This document shows positions 37,253 through 38,130 of a DNA stretch of 38,130 bases, piece by piece. The notes beneath the pieces are model-generated. The model saw nothing but the letters and a program-made list of their open reading frames with translations. It was not told the origin of the DNA and did not search any database. Numbering within the stretch: position 1 is the stretch's first letter; the number at the start of each line of letters is the position of its first letter. This DNA comes from an uncultured archaeon (GTDB taxonomy: Archaea > Asgardarchaeota > Lokiarchaeia > Sigyniarchaeales > SOKP01), in contig CAZALK010000023.1 of NCBI GenBank assembly GCA_964486045.1, positions 1 through 38,130 on the forward strand. The letters run 5' to 3'. The position numbers and the translations under genes are program-made.

Positions 37253-37741
37253 GTGAAAAATAAGAAAATGGCTTGTATGGTTCCAATTGTTGCAAGTAGA
37301 AGAAATTGTCGAAAATCCAGCTCTGGAGCTGTAATTGCAGGAATGTTGATTTTCTTGGTTTTTGGAATATTCTTTGCCGTATTTTTTAATCGTTCAGGAA
37401 TATTCGGGTTCAGTTTTCCAGTAATATTCGTTATTTTAGGTTTTGTCGTGTTTATTATGATAATTTCAGGTATTAGCATGGCTGCATCATCAATGAGCAA
37501 GTCATATAAACCTCCGATTATTAAAACTCATATGCAAAATCAAACCATTTATCAAAGACAGAAGGTTCAGCAGAATCCCTATATTGTTCGAAAACCCATT
37601 CAGAAGAGCCCTGAACCTCTTTATCAAGAGAATCCTTCAGAGGCGTTTCCTATAGTTAATGATATCAATTTTTGCTGTTATTGTGGCGCAAAAGTAGATA
37701 GGAAAGGCCGATTTTGTCATCAATGTGGAAGTAAATTATAA
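37253..37741 (+). CDS. Two-TM membrane protein with a Pro/Gln-rich linker and C-terminal zinc ribbon
   Basis: Two hydrophobic helices; FCCYCGAK...FCHQCGSKL. Start may be ATG 37268. Confidence 0.85.
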   Translation: MKNKKMACMVPIVASRRNCRKSSSGAVIAGMLIFLVFGIFFAVFFNRSGIFGFSFPVIFVILGFVVFIMIISGISMAASSMSKSYKPPIIKTHMQNQTIYQRQKVQQNPYIVRKPIQKSPEPLYQENPSEAFPIVNDINFCCYCGAKVDRKGRFCHQCGSKL

Positions 37742-37802
37742 TTTTTAAATAATTAAATTATTTTGAATACCTTTATAGAAAAAACAATTTAGCTTAAAAA
37801 AA

Positions 37803-38130
37803 ATGCGAAAAAGGCCAAATAAGGGATTAATTTATCTTCGTTGGAAGAGAAAAGATAGTATTGCTATAATTACCATCATATCTATTGGCTTGGTATTGAC
37901 TAGTATTGGATTTCTCTATCCTAATTTTTATAGCCTATTTATAAGCTTATGTTTAGGTTTCTTTATAGGAGGACTACTGTTATCACTCGTCTCAACCTTT
38001 TTAGCTCAAATGGAATCAAATATAACGGGTGCTGGTGAGATAGATGCTGAGGTTGACGTAGATATAGATGCTGAAGTTGACGTAGATATAGATGCTGAAG
38101 TTGACGTAGATATAGATGCTGAAGTTGACG
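37803..38130 (+). CDS. Membrane protein with an acidic repeat, runs off the window end (possibly NfeD/YqiJ-like)
   Basis: Hand translation MRKRPNKGLIYLRWKRKDSIAIITIISIGLVLTSIGFLYPNFYSLFISLCLGFFIGGLLLSLVSTFLAQMESNITGAGE(IDAEVDVD)n. Confidence 0.75.
   Translation, partial: MRKRPNKGLIYLRWKRKDSIAIITIISIGLVLTSIGFLYPNFYSLFISLCLGFFIGGLLLSLVSTFLAQMESNITGAGEIDAEVDVDIDAEVDVDIDAEVDVDIDAEVD
38040..38130 (+). repeat. 24-bp coding tandem repeat, at least 3.8 copies
   Basis: Unit ATAGATGCTGA(G/A)GTTGACGTAGAT encodes IDAEVDVD; no spacers. Confidence 0.95.

Noticed and set aside
849-37500. Numerous short ORF-track entries overlapping larger genes (e.g. 1819..2112, 15311..15631, 25890..26222, 32256..32612, 37246..37500)
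   Set aside because: Antisense or off-frame shadows of well-supported CDSs, with no motifs of their own.
38040-38130. CRISPR array
   Set aside because: Contiguous 24-bp units without spacers, in frame within a CDS.

Overview
AT-rich archaeal window, probably Asgard (Lokiarchaeia-like). This is inferred from gene content: a roadblock/LC7 gene, a longin-like protein, a TrmB-coiled-coil protein, tandem tungsten AORs and zinc-ribbon membrane proteins. The left part holds a 5'-truncated giant gene whose frame is open from 293 to 6325. It has an acidic stalk, three hydrophobic segments and a basic C-terminus ending in an HNH-like domain, with a small convergent gene abutting it (polymorphic-toxin-like layout). 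The most striking observation is in the roadblock gene (- strand, 6888-7380): a 31-nt insertion (7064-7094) carries stops in both coding frames. It folds into a hairpin with relaxed bulge-helix-bulge geometry, closed by a perfect 7-bp exon-exon stem, and its precise removal restores a full 153-aa roadblock. It is a candidate pre-mRNA intron in a eukaryotic-signature gene. Divergent from it is an operon of two paralogous ~1255-aa repeat-containing membrane glycoproteins, a longin-wHTH-wHTH protein and a TrmB/coiled-coil/PLD-like protein. The right part is an accessory region of metabolic genes, several 5'-truncated or nonsense-interrupted genes, a solo endonuclease VII, an MCP, a tandem AOR pair with a probable gene-conversion tract, an AbrB/PIN toxin-antitoxin pair and a terminal 24-bp coding tandem repeat. 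No rRNA, tRNA or CRISPR array was recognised. All family calls come from motif reading by eye; no database search was run.
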